64,000 nucleotides of DNA from an uncultured Bacilli bacterium (GCA_944358895.1 CALVSB010000007.1:140-64139); one strand, 5' to 3'. Shown: positions 12,413 through 22,782, numbered from the stretch's first letter. Made by a program: numbers and translations. Notes: generated from the sequence alone by a model not told the origin.

Positions 12413-13705
12413 TCACTTCTTCTGGGTTTGGAGAAGATGCTCGATTTGGTCGGCTTCCTTCGGGATGTCCCTCGTCAGGATGTCCGACCCGTGCTCGGTG
12501 ATGAGGAGGTCGTCCTCGATCCGGATGCCGAAGCCGAGGCGGGAGAAATAAAGTCCCGGCTCGTCGGAGATGACCATCCCGGCCTCGAGGGGGATCTTCC
12601 GGTAGGAACGGTCGCTCGGGGAGAGATAGGGATCGTGGGTATCGAGGCCGATGAAGTGGGAGACGCTATGGAAATAGACGTCCTCCACCTTCTCCCCTTC
12701 GGCAAGGAGGCCCCGCCGCGGGAGTTCCCGCTCGTAAAGGGCAATCACGGCATTCTGGAGCTCCTCGATGGTGACCCCGGGTTTAGCGAGGTCGGCCGTC
12801 ATCTTGTTGGCCTCGAGGACGAGGTCATAGGCGGCGCGCTGCTCCGGGGTGAACTTGCCGCTCGCCGGGTAAGTCCGGCTCACGTCGGCGCAGTAGTAGC
12901 CGTTCCTAGCCCCGAGGTCCATGAGGACGAGGCCGCCCTCCGGGACGGTGTCGACGGGCTTCGGGTAATGGAGGCAGGTCGTGTGGACGCCGCTCGCCAT
13001 GATGGTGTTGAAGGACTCGCCCTGATAGCCGTTGCTGTCGTTGATGGCGTGGCGGAAGGCATCGGCGAGTTCGTATTCCTTGCGCCCGGGGGCGAGGATC
13101 TTGAGGGCGGCGTTGATGCCGAGGTGGGTCGACTTGATGGCGCTCCTTAGTTCCTGGATTTCCCCGACGCTCTTGCGGAGGCGGAGCTGGGTAACCAGTG
13201 GGTAGGCATTGAGAATGTTGACGCTTTGGTAAGCGCTCTTGATGGTCGAAAGGAAGTCGTCGATGTAGGTATCGTCGGCGATCTTGAGCTCGCGGTCGAG
13301 ATCGACGTAAAGGCTCGCGATGTCCCCGAACTGGCTGATACTCGGCGAGAGGGTCGCGTCGAGCTTCCCTTGGAACGAGAAGTTGACAAGGACGTTATGG
13401 ACGCCCGAGCGGGCCTCGGCTTCCTCGAGGGTGAGGCGGCGGCCGTACCACTTCTCTTTCCGCTCGTCGAAGGGCGAGACGAAGAGGAATTCCTTCCGCT
13501 CCCCCTCGACGTTGATGAGGAGCAGCATGCTGTCGGGCTGGTCGATGCCCGTGAGGTAATAGAAGTTCCGGGCGACCTCGAAGGGGTAATCCTCGTCGGC
13601 CGACTTGCATTTCTCGACCCCGGAAAAAAGAACCATCGCCGACTGGGGCTCCATCATGTTGATGAGCTTCTCGCGGCGCTCGCTGTATTCGCTAGCCTTG
13701 ATCAT
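12413..13705 (-). CDS. pepP: Xaa-Pro aminopeptidase (M24B)
   Basis: M24 motifs YCADVSRTYP, HSVSHFIGLDTHD, VISDEPGLY and GIRIEDD. Start trimmed to ATG 13705 (MIKASEY), preceded by AGGAGG (complement of 13713-13718). The track's 67-aa extension overlaps yigZ. Confidence 0.88.
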   Translation of the reverse strand: MIKASEYSERREKLINMMEPQSAMVLFSGVEKCKSADEDYPFEVARNFYYLTGIDQPDSMLLLINVEGERKEFLFVSPFDERKEKWYGRRLTLEEAEARSGVHNVLVNFSFQGKLDATLSPSISQFGDIASLYVDLDRELKIADDTYIDDFLSTIKSAYQSVNILNAYPLVTQLRLRKSVGEIQELRSAIKSTHLGINAALKILAPGRKEYELADAFRHAINDSNGYQGESFNTIMASGVHTTCLHYPKPVDTVPEGGLVLMDLGARNGYYCADVSRTYPASGKFTPEQRAAYDLVLEANKMTADLAKPGVTIEELQNAVIALYERELPRRGLLAEGEKVEDVYFHSVSHFIGLDTHDPYLSPSDRSYRKIPLEAGMVISDEPGLYFSRLGFGIRIEDDLLITEHGSDILTRDIPKEADQIEHLLQTQKK

Positions 13706-14300
13706 GGCTTGGCCTCCTGTAGATAAAGCATTCTTCCTCCGCCGCCACCCGGAGTTCCGGGAAGAGGGCGAGGAAGGCGCTAAGAATTGTAGCATCTGCG
13801 CGGACGGGGAGAACGATGCTCTCCCCGAAAGTCGGTTTCTCGATTTCCAGTCCCATCCGCTTGGCCCGGTCGAGGACGAGGTCGTAGGAAGGATAGGGAA
13901 CCTCAAGGAGGGCCTTGCGGCCCGTCGCTACCTCATATGGATCGGCCTTAGCCACCAGGTCCTTGGCGAGGTCGGAGTAGGCATGGGTCAGCCGCCCGAG
14001 CCCCAGCTTCGTCCCGCCGAAGTAGCGGACGACGAAGATGGCGCACTCGTCGAGTCCCGAACCGCGGAGGACGTTGAGGATGGGAAGCCCGGCCGAATGG
14101 GAAGGCTCCCCGTCGTCGCTACTGCCCTCGGCCGCGCCCTTCTTGTAGGCATAGCAATAATGGGTGGCCTTGGGGTAAAGCTCCTCGATTTTGGCCTTCG
14201 CTTCCTTGAAGTCGGCCCCCAAAAGGGGCTGCAAAACCCCTATGAAACGGCTGGAAAGAATCTTTTCCTCTTGGACGAGGGGTTCCTTGACCGTAAGCAT
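13692..14300 (-). CDS. yigZ: YigZ/IMPACT family protein
   Basis: HYCYAYK...SSDDGEPSHSAGLPILNVL...VVRYFGGTKLGLGRL is the IMPACT/UPF0029 signature. ATG 14300 is preceded by AGGTGG; the track start is GTG 14309. Confidence 0.85.
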   Translation of the reverse strand: MLTVKEPLVQEEKILSSRFIGVLQPLLGADFKEAKAKIEELYPKATHYCYAYKKGAAEGSSDDGEPSHSAGLPILNVLRGSGLDECAIFVVRYFGGTKLGLGRLTHAYSDLAKDLVAKADPYEVATGRKALLEVPYPSYDLVLDRAKRMGLEIEKPTFGESIVLPVRADATILSAFLALFPELRVAAEEECFIYRRPSHDQG

Positions 14301-14309
14301 CAAAGCCAC

Positions 14310-17300
14310 CTAGGAAAGGAAGCCACAAGCTTGCTCAAGGTAGGAACCGGTCCCGAAGTACTTGGCGTCGCCCGTGAGATCGAGCGGGGTGCCAGCAAGG
14401 ATACTGATTTCCGATTGGGAGAGCGGCTTGCCCGTCGAGCTAGAGACCATAGTGCTAGCGATCTCAACTTGGCTATGGATGTAGCGCCCGCCGGCCAGAA
14501 GCTCGTAGAAATAGGAGTCGAGGAGGGTAGCGCCGAGCCCAATGACATCGGCGTTCTCGAGTTTCACCCCCTCATTGTTGAGGGCGTTGACCAGGCTGGC
14601 GTAGGACTGATCGGCTGAATGGTCAAGAACCGCGTTCCCGCCGGCGAGAACCTGGTAAAGGGCCGTATAGAAGGAACGGTAAGGCAGGAAGGAATCCGCC
14701 CTCAGCCCAGCAAGAGTCGAGGGGAGGCTTCCGCCGACGGCGTCGATCTCGAGACGCGGTTTGCTTAGGCTCTCGAGCCCCGATACGGTGCTGATCTGCT
14801 GGGTACCGGAGGGATCCACCGCCACGACGAAGCCGAGGAAGCCGCGGTTCGGGCTGCCGTTTTGGTAAGCAAGGCCCGAGGCGTAGGAACGGTTGACGAG
14901 GCTCGTCACGAAGTTGTTGGCCACCGAGGTTTCCGCCACCGGGACGGCTTCGCTCCCGGCCGGCACCGCCTCCATGAGGCCGAGGGTGCTGCCCGAGGCA
15001 AGCCAAAGCTGCTTGAAGGCATCGGAAGCACCATCGAGGAGGGGGATGGAGATGTTTGAAGCAGCCTCATAAAGGGCCACCGCCATCGTGATGTCGGCGA
15101 GGTTATTACTCAGATAGGTCAGTCCGCCGGGGTAGGCCGCTTCGCGTTCCTCGGAGGTCGGGGCCGCCCCGTCGGCAGCCATGTTGGCTTCTTCGTAAAT
15201 CGACTCGTGGAGCGAGGCGATGAGATTCCGCTCGGTCTGAACCGGGTCGGACGTCGTCTCGTGGAGGAAGAGATTGCCGAGGTCGACCGAAACCGTTTGC
15301 GCGGCCTCCGGCACGTTGATCGTGAACTTCAGGAAGTTCTGGATGAGGACGTCGCCGGAAATGTAGGCGAGGTCAGCGGCATTGATGTCGGCCGCCAAAA
15401 TGGTTCCATCGGTCTCGAAATTGGCGTTGAAGACGCCGTTCTCGTTGAGAAGGAAGGAGGCGATTTCGTAAACGTAATCGACATCGCCTTCGCTCGAAGA
15501 GCCGCTTAGAAGCGGGGCGAAGAAATCGTCGGCGCTTTCGATTTGGTCGTAGCTTTCAGCCTCGTAGTCGTAGAGGACGTTCCCGAGGAAGCGGACGAGG
15601 GAGGGGATGGCCCCGATCCGGTACTGTTCACTCGTCAGGAGATGGTAGGTCGAGAGATCGTAGACGAAGGAGAAGTTGGCGATGTTCTCACTGGCGAAGA
15701 CACTCTTGCTGAGGGCCTCATCGAGGTAGACGTCGGTCGGGCCGATGAGGGAGCTTTCGCCCGCCGCGGCTGCCGTATTCTTGAAGGAGTAGACACCGTC
15801 GACGGCTTGGACAACGCCATAGGAGCCATCGAGATGATAGTAAAGGCTGGTCGGAGCCGCGCCGCTCCCGACGTACTCGATTTCCGAGAGGCGGAGGCTG
15901 CCCCGCTCGCCTTCGAGCTTCCGGTCGGTCGTGACGCTCGACCACTCCCCGAGGTTGATGGCGTCGCCGAGGAGGTATTCGGCCCCGTTGGCGATGACGC
16001 CGTCGCAGAAGTCGACGTCGTTGAGGCTATAGAGAATCTTCCCGAGGGAAGCCGGGTTGATGTCCTCGAAGTTGAGGATCCCTTGGTTGGAGAAGTCGAG
16101 AGCGAGGCTCCCGTCGACGGAAAGTTCCTGGAAGACGGTGTTGAGAAGCCCGCCGTCCATTCCGTCGCTCACCAAGGCATCGACGGCTTTCGCCCCAAGA
16201 TTCGCTTTCGTCCCGAAGTCGTCATTGAGGGACCCGGTCGCGGCGAAAAGGGCGGAAGTCAGCTTCGCCCCAGCCGAACGGAAGCCCCTTTCGGCATCGA
16301 GGACCGGATTGTAGGCCCGCGTGTAGAGGGCGGTCTCCACCATCATGTAGAAGAGGACGCCTTGGAAGACGGTGAGGGCACTATCGACGGGGATGCTTGC
16401 CCCGGAAGCGGAGTCGGTCACCGCAAAGCCGGGGGTCGCCTCGAAGGGCACCGAGTTGAAGACTTTCGAGCCGGCCATTTCCCGAAGGAGGAGGCGGATT
16501 TCGTCGATGGCCTCTTGGCTGAGCGTCTCGAAGCTCGAGAAGAAGGAATTGAGGCTCTCGGCACCGTAGACGACGTCGACGAGGGAGGCGATTTCCTCAT
16601 CGCCGAACCACCGGAGGGCAAGGGCCGAAGAGAGGGATGATCCGTCCGGGACCGCCGGCCATTCCGCCTCGTAGTAGGCGAAATAGGGATTCGATCGGGC
16701 GAAGTCGACCCCCTCGAAGGCAACGCCGCTGCCATCTTGGAGAGCGCTCCGGATGGCGTTGGGGACCATGTCCTTGAGAAGCGGCGAGCCGCTCACGAGG
16801 GAGAGGACGGAGGAAAGTTCCGCCTTGTCTTCCGGCAGGGTCACCGGACCCGACCCGCCGAGGCCGTCGATGACGGAGGAAAGGCCTTCGGAATCGACGA
16901 TTTGCTCGAGGCTTACCACCTCTTCGCCGGCTTCCGAGGCGAGGAAGTCGCCCCAGTTCCGCTTGCCGGGGTCCTCATCGCCGTAGGAAAGGGCGGGATA
17001 ACGCTCTTCGGCGAACCCAGCGGCTTTCGCCTCGGCGTCGGCGTAGCCTAGGTAGGCGTTGACCGGGTTCTCGTCCGAGAAATAGAGGCCGGCGATGGTC
17101 GTGTTGTCGCTAAGAAGGGTATTCAAGGCTCCGACGAAAGCGTTCGGGCTCCCCTCGGAGACGGCATTGAAGATAAAGGAAGACGACATGTTGGCCAGAA
17201 GGCCGCCGACCTGCCCGCCATCGACGTTATCGAGGCTCGAAAGGTCGGTCGAGCCGAGAAGGCCGGCATACATGGCGACGTAGCTGAGGCGCTCGTTCTC

Positions 17301-20300
17301 GGCGTCCCCATAAGGCCGCGCGAGGAGATCGCCTTGGCTGCCCCAGCGCCCGGTGTAATAGAAGTCGGCGCCGTCCAGCGAGAAGGAATCGCCTTCAGCG
17401 GAAGCCGATTCGAGGTTGAGGGGGATGGCCGGGTAAACGATCTCGCAAGAGGCGGCCGCATCGAGGATCCCGTAAAGGGCCGTCCTTGCCCCCTCGGCCT
17501 TCGCCTCGTCGGCGAAAAGCTCGGCGAAGGAGAGGCTCCCGAAGTCAATGCCGAGGCTCTGCCCTTCGGCAAGGGAGTCGGCGAGAGCGACGAGGGAGGC
17601 GATTTCGCCGGTCGTCCCGTCGCCGTTCCAGAAGGCGCTCCGCTCCTCGAAGGACATGAAGCGGGAAGAGCCTTCCTCAGTGAGGGCCCGGGCGAGGATT
17701 TCCTCGATCCGGGCGGAAGAGGCGCCGTCGGAGCCGTAGAAGCCCGAAGCCTCGAGGGACGAGGCCAAGAGGTTCTCGAAGACAGTGTATTCCCCGAAGT
17801 CGGAAGAGGATGAGCGTTCCTCGGCAAGGGAATCGAAGATCGCGCTCGCGGCGAGGTTCCGGAGGAGGATTTCGGCATCCGGGGTGCCGCTCAGGTTCTC
17901 GATCGAGAAATCGGTCTCGGCGCTCAAGGCACTGGCTCTCCGGACGACGGCGGCCAGGCGCCCCATTTCCTCATCGTCGTAGGGGGCCGAAAGGAGGCCG
18001 TAGTTCACGTCCGCGCTTCCCCGCTCCCCGTAATAGTAATTGGCATTCTCGAGGGTTGCGCCGTTGGGGAGGGAAACGTTCTCGACGGCATCGCTTAGAA
18101 CCGAGGCGAGGCCGGGATAGACGAGCCGGCTGTCGTTGGCGGCCACGAGGAAGGCGGCGAGGCTTTCTTCCCGCTCGTCGAGGAGGGTTTCCTCGGCCCC
18201 TTCCGGGAAGAGGCTTCCGACGTCAACGTTCCCGGAAAGCTCGAGCCCGGTCTCCTCAAGGGAGGAAAGGGTGTCCATGAGGGCGTCGATTTCCTCTTCC
18301 CAAGAGGCAAAGCGGGCCTCGTCTTCCATCCCGGGGGCATCGATACCGGCGATGACTTCGTCGATGCGCTCGGAGGTCAAAGCCTCGCCCTCGTCCCCGT
18401 AGTAGCCGCTCGACGACAACATATCGTCGACGATTTGGACGAAAGCCGGGTAGTAGCCTTCTTCTCCCGCGGGCAAGGTATTGAAAACGTAGCTTCGGGC
18501 CGCTTCCCGAAGAAGGTTCTCGGCCGCGGGCGAATCAACAACGGAACCGATCGAAATGTTAGCGATGTCTTCGACGAGCGAGCCGTAGAGCATGACATAG
18601 CTGAGGGTCCGGGCCTCCTCTTTGTAATCGGCGGAGGAAGCCTCGACCAGCCATTCGGAATTGACGGCATACCCTTCCCCGATGGAAGCGGCTCCCGTCT
18701 CGACGATGCTCGCCAAAGCCGGGCGGACGATCTTCGAATCGGCCGCCGCGACGAGAATGTTCTCGAGGCGGGCCCGCTGGAGGCTATAGCTCGTCCCCTG
18801 GGCGAAGAAGGACATCGGGTCGGAGGCGAGGCTATCGGTGGAAACCCCGCTCTCCTGGATGGCCGCGACGGTCGCGACGAGGGCCTCGTTCTCGACGTTC
18901 CAGGCGTCGACGATCTCCGCGAAGTCCTCCCGGTCCCCGCGGACGGAAACGACGTAATCCTCGGCCTCGCCTTCGGCGAAGAGGCCACTATCCTCGAGCA
19001 GGGTTCCGAGGATGCCCTCGTAGGCCGTCTTGGCCTTCCCGGCGGCAAGGGAATTGAAAAGGCGGCTCTCAGAAAGGGACTGGAGGAGCGGGCGGACGAG
19101 GTATTCCGGAGAGACGTCGTTGATGTCGAGGGAAACCTCCCCGTCATCGCCAATGGCGTCGGCGATGCCGGTCGAGGGGTCGAGGACGGCATAGACGAGC
19201 TTGCTCATCGCTTCGGCCTCCCTTTCGAAGATGTTGCCGCTAACGGCGACGGTTTCTTGGTAAGAGGCGAGGGTCGGCTCATAGAAAGCCGCGAGGTTGC
19301 TCAGGCCCTCGGACGAGGGGAAGGAAGATGCAATTTGCTCGGAGAGAAGACTGTAGAGGGAATAGTTGAGAACCCGGCCGAAAATGGTGAGGTCGGTGGC
19401 GTCGTGGAGCAGGAAGTCGAGGGGCTCGGGGCTCAGTTCCTTGAGGCTGATCCCGCCGTCGACGGCAATCGAGTCGATCCCGCCGAGGGAGAGGATGTCC
19501 CGGAGGACGAGGGCGAAGCAATGGGCTTCTTCCTTCCAAAGGTCCTGGCTCGCCTCGACGTCGGCAGCGCTGCCGCCTTCGACGGCGGTCGAGCGGATGT
19601 CTTGGGCGAGGGCGGCAACCCCGTCCCCGTCCGGCACCTTGAAGAAAGAGGCGGCTTCGCTTCCGGCCGGAAGGTTGTCTTCGATCATCTTCGCGACGAT
19701 CCGGGGGAAGGAATACGTATAGGTCCCGTCATCCTCGCGGCTGACGAAGAGGTCGCTCGTCGCAAGGACGCTCACGATGTTCTCGACGGCGCCAGGGTCG
19801 CTGTCGAAGACGTCGATCGTCCCGCCGTCAAGTAAGCCCGCCGCTCCAAGTTCGTTGATGGAATTGACCAAAACATCGAGGTTTTGCCCTTCCTTTTGCC
19901 AATCCGCCACGTTGCCGAAGGAGAAGCCTTCCTCGAAGAAGGGGGCGAAGGTCTCGTTTTTCGCCAGGAGGTTATCGAGGACCGGGCCGAAACAATCGCG
20001 GAAGATGAGACTGTCGTCGAACTTGGCGAAGGCCTCCTCGAAGGAAACGTCCTCAAAGGAAGCGAGATCCACCTTCTCGGCAATGGTCGCATCGACGAGT
20101 CCCGAATCCATGACGTTCAGAAGAGCCGCGACGAAGTTCTCCATCTCGGTCCCGGTCGCTTCCGGGCTGAGGGAGGAAAGCGTCGAGCCGAGGTTGGACG
20201 GCTCTTCAAGCCCGATCGTCGAGAAGACGAGGCCGATAAGCGAGACGATGTTGGCGTTGTTCTCCCCGCCCACGACCGGGTTGAGCATCGGGCTCGTGGC

Positions 20301-22703
20301 GACGGCCACCAAAAGGTCGGAAAGTTCATTGGCGTGGTCGGCAATCGTCGAAATGGCATGCTTCAGCTTCCCGCCGGTCAGAGTCTGGCCGTTCAAGGAA
20401 GCGAGATAGGAAATGATGTCCTGGGCATCGAGAAGGGTCGAAAGAAGGTTGCTCAATTGGCTTCCGATGTTCGGGACGTCGAAGTCGAAGCTCAGTTCGA
20501 CCCCGAGGTTGGCGACCGGCGAATTCTCACCTTCGAGGAAACCTTCGAAAGCCTGGGGGATGATGGCCGTGGCCAGCTTCGAAGCGTCGAGATCGGCCAG
20601 GCCGGCTTCAAGGCCGGCGGCTAGGCCCTCGTCGACTCCAACGAAGCTCTTGTCGGGGGCAAAGTAGATGCCGGGCATGGCTTCAACGTGGAGGAGGAAC
20701 TCCTGCCCCGCTTCCGTCGTCGCGAAATCCCCGACGACGTTGAGGAGAGCCCGCCATTCAGGAAGGATGGTCGACTGGTCGGCCGCCATCTCAGCGGCGA
20801 TCGGGGAAAGGTCGATGGCGTCCTCGCCGCTAAGCTTGAGGGCGTCGTTGAGGTTCTCGCCGAGAAGCTTTACGAGTTTCGGAGTGGCGTTGAGGAGGAA
20901 TTCGGTTCCCAGAAGCGGCGTGATTTCCGCGTTCTTTGTCCCGCCTTCGGCTTTCTTCGAGGTCTGGGGCACCCCAACGAGGGCAGCCTTGGCCTTTTCG
21001 AAATTGCCCTCTTCGAGAATCGGGGCGAGGAAGTCCTGGTAAGAGAAAGGCTTCGTTTCCCCGTTCCAATCGGGGATGGCGTTGCAAACGGCTAGATAAA
21101 GATCCTCGTCGACGTTGACGAGGTTGACGGTCGAAAGGAAGAAATCGGCGAAGATCTCGCCCCATTTGATGTCTTCGTAGGCTTCTGGAATGAGGGTCGG
21201 CTTGCCGTCCTCCGGGGCAAAATCGACCAAGGTCACGGCTGGGAGGAAGTCGGCGATCGTGAGCTCGTCGGTCGCGACTTTGCCGCTTTCGTGGTCTTTG
21301 AAGGCCTGGATCGTCAGGGCGCTTTCGATGAGGGCGTCGAAGATCTTGAGGTTCTCCCCGTCGAGCGACTCGAAGATCGAAGCGACGAGGGAAGCGTTCT
21401 CTTCGCTTAGGACATTGCCGGCGACTTCGGAGGAGGATCCGAGTTCCCCGGTGTCGGGATCGACGACCCCGTCGATGAGATTCGAATGGATGACCTCGTC
21501 GTAGATGTCGGCCAGTTCTTCAAGGGTCAGCTGGTAGTTGTTGTCGGAGAAGTCGATGCCGGTCCCGACCTTGATGTAGCTGGAGACCGGGTCGATGTTC
21601 TCGAGGATGGAAAGGCCGTAGGGCAGAATGCCGGTCACGAGGCGGCTGCTCGCAAGGCTCCGGAGGGCTTCCGGGGCGGCCGAGGTGGTAAGGAGAAGCG
21701 GCCACTTGATGTTATCGAAACCCTCTTCCGAGATGACGCCCGACTGGACGGCAATCGTGAAGACCTCGGCCAAGGAGGATACTTCGCTAAGGAAGGACAT
21801 CTGGACCTTCTCCTGCTCGCCGAGGGAGACGCTCGTCGAGGTGAGGAACTCGACGAGCTTCATGTCGAGGGTCTTGCCGTTCTGGTCTTTGTTCCAGGCG
21901 AAGAAAGCCTGGGCAAAGGCCGAGTTGTCGTAGGCTTTGACCGCCCCGTCGATGGCTTGGTAGACGGAGTTGTCGACGGTGTGGAGGGTCGTCTGGTCCT
22001 CCTGGTCGAGCTGGCCGGCGTGCCAAGCGGCGCTCAAGGAGTTGGCCATGCTGGTAAGCGGAGCGACGAGCATGGCCAGGCAGATGATTGAAACGAGGCA
22101 GTTGGTAAGGCCGCCGACGAGTTTTCCCTTGCGGTAAGAAGCTTTCCGCTTGTCCTTCCGGATGAAGCGCTTGAAGGCGAGGTGCCACAGAAGGAAGACG
22201 AAGAAGGCCCCGAAAATGGCGATGAGGACAGCATCGACCATGATGAGGAGGAAGGAAATGAGACTCACCGCCAAGGAGAGGGCATAGGCCGAAAGATCGG
22301 CCGGAGCCATGTTCACGTTCAGGGCTTTGCAGAGGTTTTCGATGTAGCCGGAAACGGCCGCGAAAGCCGTCGTGCCTTCGCTAGCGATGGTGACGCTCGT
22401 CCCGTTCACGTTCAAGGTAAAAGCAGGCAGTTCCCAGCTGCTTCCCAGGCCGAACTGGGCAAGGTCGAAGTTCCCGACGGCGTTGACGATCGGCTGGAGG
22501 GTCAGCATCGCCACCGCCGCCAAAATGGCGAACATGACAAGCCGGTAGGTCCCGTACCTCCACCCTCGGAAAAGGCCGCGGACGAAGCCGAGGAGGGCGA
22601 TGATCAAGGAGCCGGCAAGAAGGCCGATGGTCACATAATTGACGATGTCGACGATGGTGGAGGGGTCGATGCCCGCACTGAGAAAACCCGGAACTGCAAT
22701 CAT
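14310..22703 (-). CDS. giant membrane-anchored acidic repeat protein (~2800 aa), unknown family
   Basis: Uninterrupted 8.4-kb ORF. The N-terminal ~230 aa carry about six hydrophobic helices. The remainder is acidic and rich in S/A/L/E, with repeated ~215-230-aa modules. ATG 22703 is preferred over the track TTG 22739, which would lie in the predicted -35. Confidence 0.9.
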   Translation of the reverse strand: MIAVPGFLSAGIDPSTIVDIVNYVTIGLLAGSLIIALLGFVRGLFRGWRYGTYRLVMFAILAAVAMLTLQPIVNAVGNFDLAQFGLGSSWELPAFTLNVNGTSVTIASEGTTAFAAVSGYIENLCKALNVNMAPADLSAYALSLAVSLISFLLIMVDAVLIAIFGAFFVFLLWHLAFKRFIRKDKRKASYRKGKLVGGLTNCLVSIICLAMLVAPLTSMANSLSAAWHAGQLDQEDQTTLHTVDNSVYQAIDGAVKAYDNSAFAQAFFAWNKDQNGKTLDMKLVEFLTSTSVSLGEQEKVQMSFLSEVSSLAEVFTIAVQSGVISEEGFDNIKWPLLLTTSAAPEALRSLASSRLVTGILPYGLSILENIDPVSSYIKVGTGIDFSDNNYQLTLEELADIYDEVIHSNLIDGVVDPDTGELGSSSEVAGNVLSEENASLVASIFESLDGENLKIFDALIESALTIQAFKDHESGKVATDELTIADFLPAVTLVDFAPEDGKPTLIPEAYEDIKWGEIFADFFLSTVNLVNVDEDLYLAVCNAIPDWNGETKPFSYQDFLAPILEEGNFEKAKAALVGVPQTSKKAEGGTKNAEITPLLGTEFLLNATPKLVKLLGENLNDALKLSGEDAIDLSPIAAEMAADQSTILPEWRALLNVVGDFATTEAGQEFLLHVEAMPGIYFAPDKSFVGVDEGLAAGLEAGLADLDASKLATAIIPQAFEGFLEGENSPVANLGVELSFDFDVPNIGSQLSNLLSTLLDAQDIISYLASLNGQTLTGGKLKHAISTIADHANELSDLLVAVATSPMLNPVVGGENNANIVSLIGLVFSTIGLEEPSNLGSTLSSLSPEATGTEMENFVAALLNVMDSGLVDATIAEKVDLASFEDVSFEEAFAKFDDSLIFRDCFGPVLDNLLAKNETFAPFFEEGFSFGNVADWQKEGQNLDVLVNSINELGAAGLLDGGTIDVFDSDPGAVENIVSVLATSDLFVSREDDGTYTYSFPRIVAKMIEDNLPAGSEAASFFKVPDGDGVAALAQDIRSTAVEGGSAADVEASQDLWKEEAHCFALVLRDILSLGGIDSIAVDGGISLKELSPEPLDFLLHDATDLTIFGRVLNYSLYSLLSEQIASSFPSSEGLSNLAAFYEPTLASYQETVAVSGNIFEREAEAMSKLVYAVLDPSTGIADAIGDDGEVSLDINDVSPEYLVRPLLQSLSESRLFNSLAAGKAKTAYEGILGTLLEDSGLFAEGEAEDYVVSVRGDREDFAEIVDAWNVENEALVATVAAIQESGVSTDSLASDPMSFFAQGTSYSLQRARLENILVAAADSKIVRPALASIVETGAASIGEGYAVNSEWLVEASSADYKEEARTLSYVMLYGSLVEDIANISIGSVVDSPAAENLLREAARSYVFNTLPAGEEGYYPAFVQIVDDMLSSSGYYGDEGEALTSERIDEVIAGIDAPGMEDEARFASWEEEIDALMDTLSSLEETGLELSGNVDVGSLFPEGAEETLLDEREESLAAFLVAANDSRLVYPGLASVLSDAVENVSLPNGATLENANYYYGERGSADVNYGLLSAPYDDEEMGRLAAVVRRASALSAETDFSIENLSGTPDAEILLRNLAASAIFDSLAEERSSSSDFGEYTVFENLLASSLEASGFYGSDGASSARIEEILARALTEEGSSRFMSFEERSAFWNGDGTTGEIASLVALADSLAEGQSLGIDFGSLSFAELFADEAKAEGARTALYGILDAAASCEIVYPAIPLNLESASAEGDSFSLDGADFYYTGRWGSQGDLLARPYGDAENERLSYVAMYAGLLGSTDLSSLDNVDGGQVGGLLANMSSSFIFNAVSEGSPNAFVGALNTLLSDNTTIAGLYFSDENPVNAYLGYADAEAKAAGFAEERYPALSYGDEDPGKRNWGDFLASEAGEEVVSLEQIVDSEGLSSVIDGLGGSGPVTLPEDKAELSSVLSLVSGSPLLKDMVPNAIRSALQDGSGVAFEGVDFARSNPYFAYYEAEWPAVPDGSSLSSALALRWFGDEEIASLVDVVYGAESLNSFFSSFETLSQEAIDEIRLLLREMAGSKVFNSVPFEATPGFAVTDSASGASIPVDSALTVFQGVLFYMMVETALYTRAYNPVLDAERGFRSAGAKLTSALFAATGSLNDDFGTKANLGAKAVDALVSDGMDGGLLNTVFQELSVDGSLALDFSNQGILNFEDINPASLGKILYSLNDVDFCDGVIANGAEYLLGDAINLGEWSSVTTDRKLEGERGSLRLSEIEYVGSGAAPTSLYYHLDGSYGVVQAVDGVYSFKNTAAAAGESSLIGPTDVYLDEALSKSVFASENIANFSFVYDLSTYHLLTSEQYRIGAIPSLVRFLGNVLYDYEAESYDQIESADDFFAPLLSGSSSEGDVDYVYEIASFLLNENGVFNANFETDGTILAADINAADLAYISGDVLIQNFLKFTINVPEAAQTVSVDLGNLFLHETTSDPVQTERNLIASLHESIYEEANMAADGAAPTSEEREAAYPGGLTYLSNNLADITMAVALYEAASNISIPLLDGASDAFKQLWLASGSTLGLMEAVPAGSEAVPVAETSVANNFVTSLVNRSYASGLAYQNGSPNRGFLGFVVAVDPSGTQQISTVSGLESLSKPRLEIDAVGGSLPSTLAGLRADSFLPYRSFYTALYQVLAGGNAVLDHSADQSYASLVNALNNEGVKLENADVIGLGATLLDSYFYELLAGGRYIHSQVEIASTMVSSSTGKPLSQSEISILAGTPLDLTGDAKYFGTGSYLEQACGFLS

Positions 22704-22710
22704 GTTAATG

Positions 22711-22739
22711 ATTGTAAGGCACTCATGGGGTCGAAGCAA
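22711..22739 (-). promoter_or_regulatory. promoter of the giant gene (leaderless candidate)
   Basis: Minus strand: TTGCTT (22739..22734), 17-nt spacer, TACAAT (22716..22711). ATG 22703 is 7 nt downstream with no SD. Confidence 0.45.
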
Positions 22740-22782
22740 TCGAGCAAACCGCGACTTTCTCCTTAGCGCATGAGAAATCGTT

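Noticed and set aside
10794-12551. 585-aa plus-strand ORF.
   Set aside because: It is antisense to glycerol kinase and spans the glpK/pepP terminator. The sequence is a G/E/D/R/P-rich shadow frame.
13706-13906. 67-aa N-terminal extension of the aminopeptidase ORF in the track.
   Set aside because: The extension overlaps the yigZ 3' end and is rich in S/P/R. ATG 13705 has an AGGAGG SD and begins the conserved M24B N-terminal domain.
18435-19835. 466-aa plus-strand ORF, plus many others between 14.6 and 22.8 kb on both strands.
   Set aside because: All are nested within or antisense to the single 8.4-kb giant ORF. They have low-complexity composition and no RBS.
22704-22739. TTG-initiated 12-codon extension of the giant gene.
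   Set aside because: The TTG coincides with the predicted -35 (TTGCTT) of the promoter that places the TSS at ATG 22703. This is not excluded experimentally.
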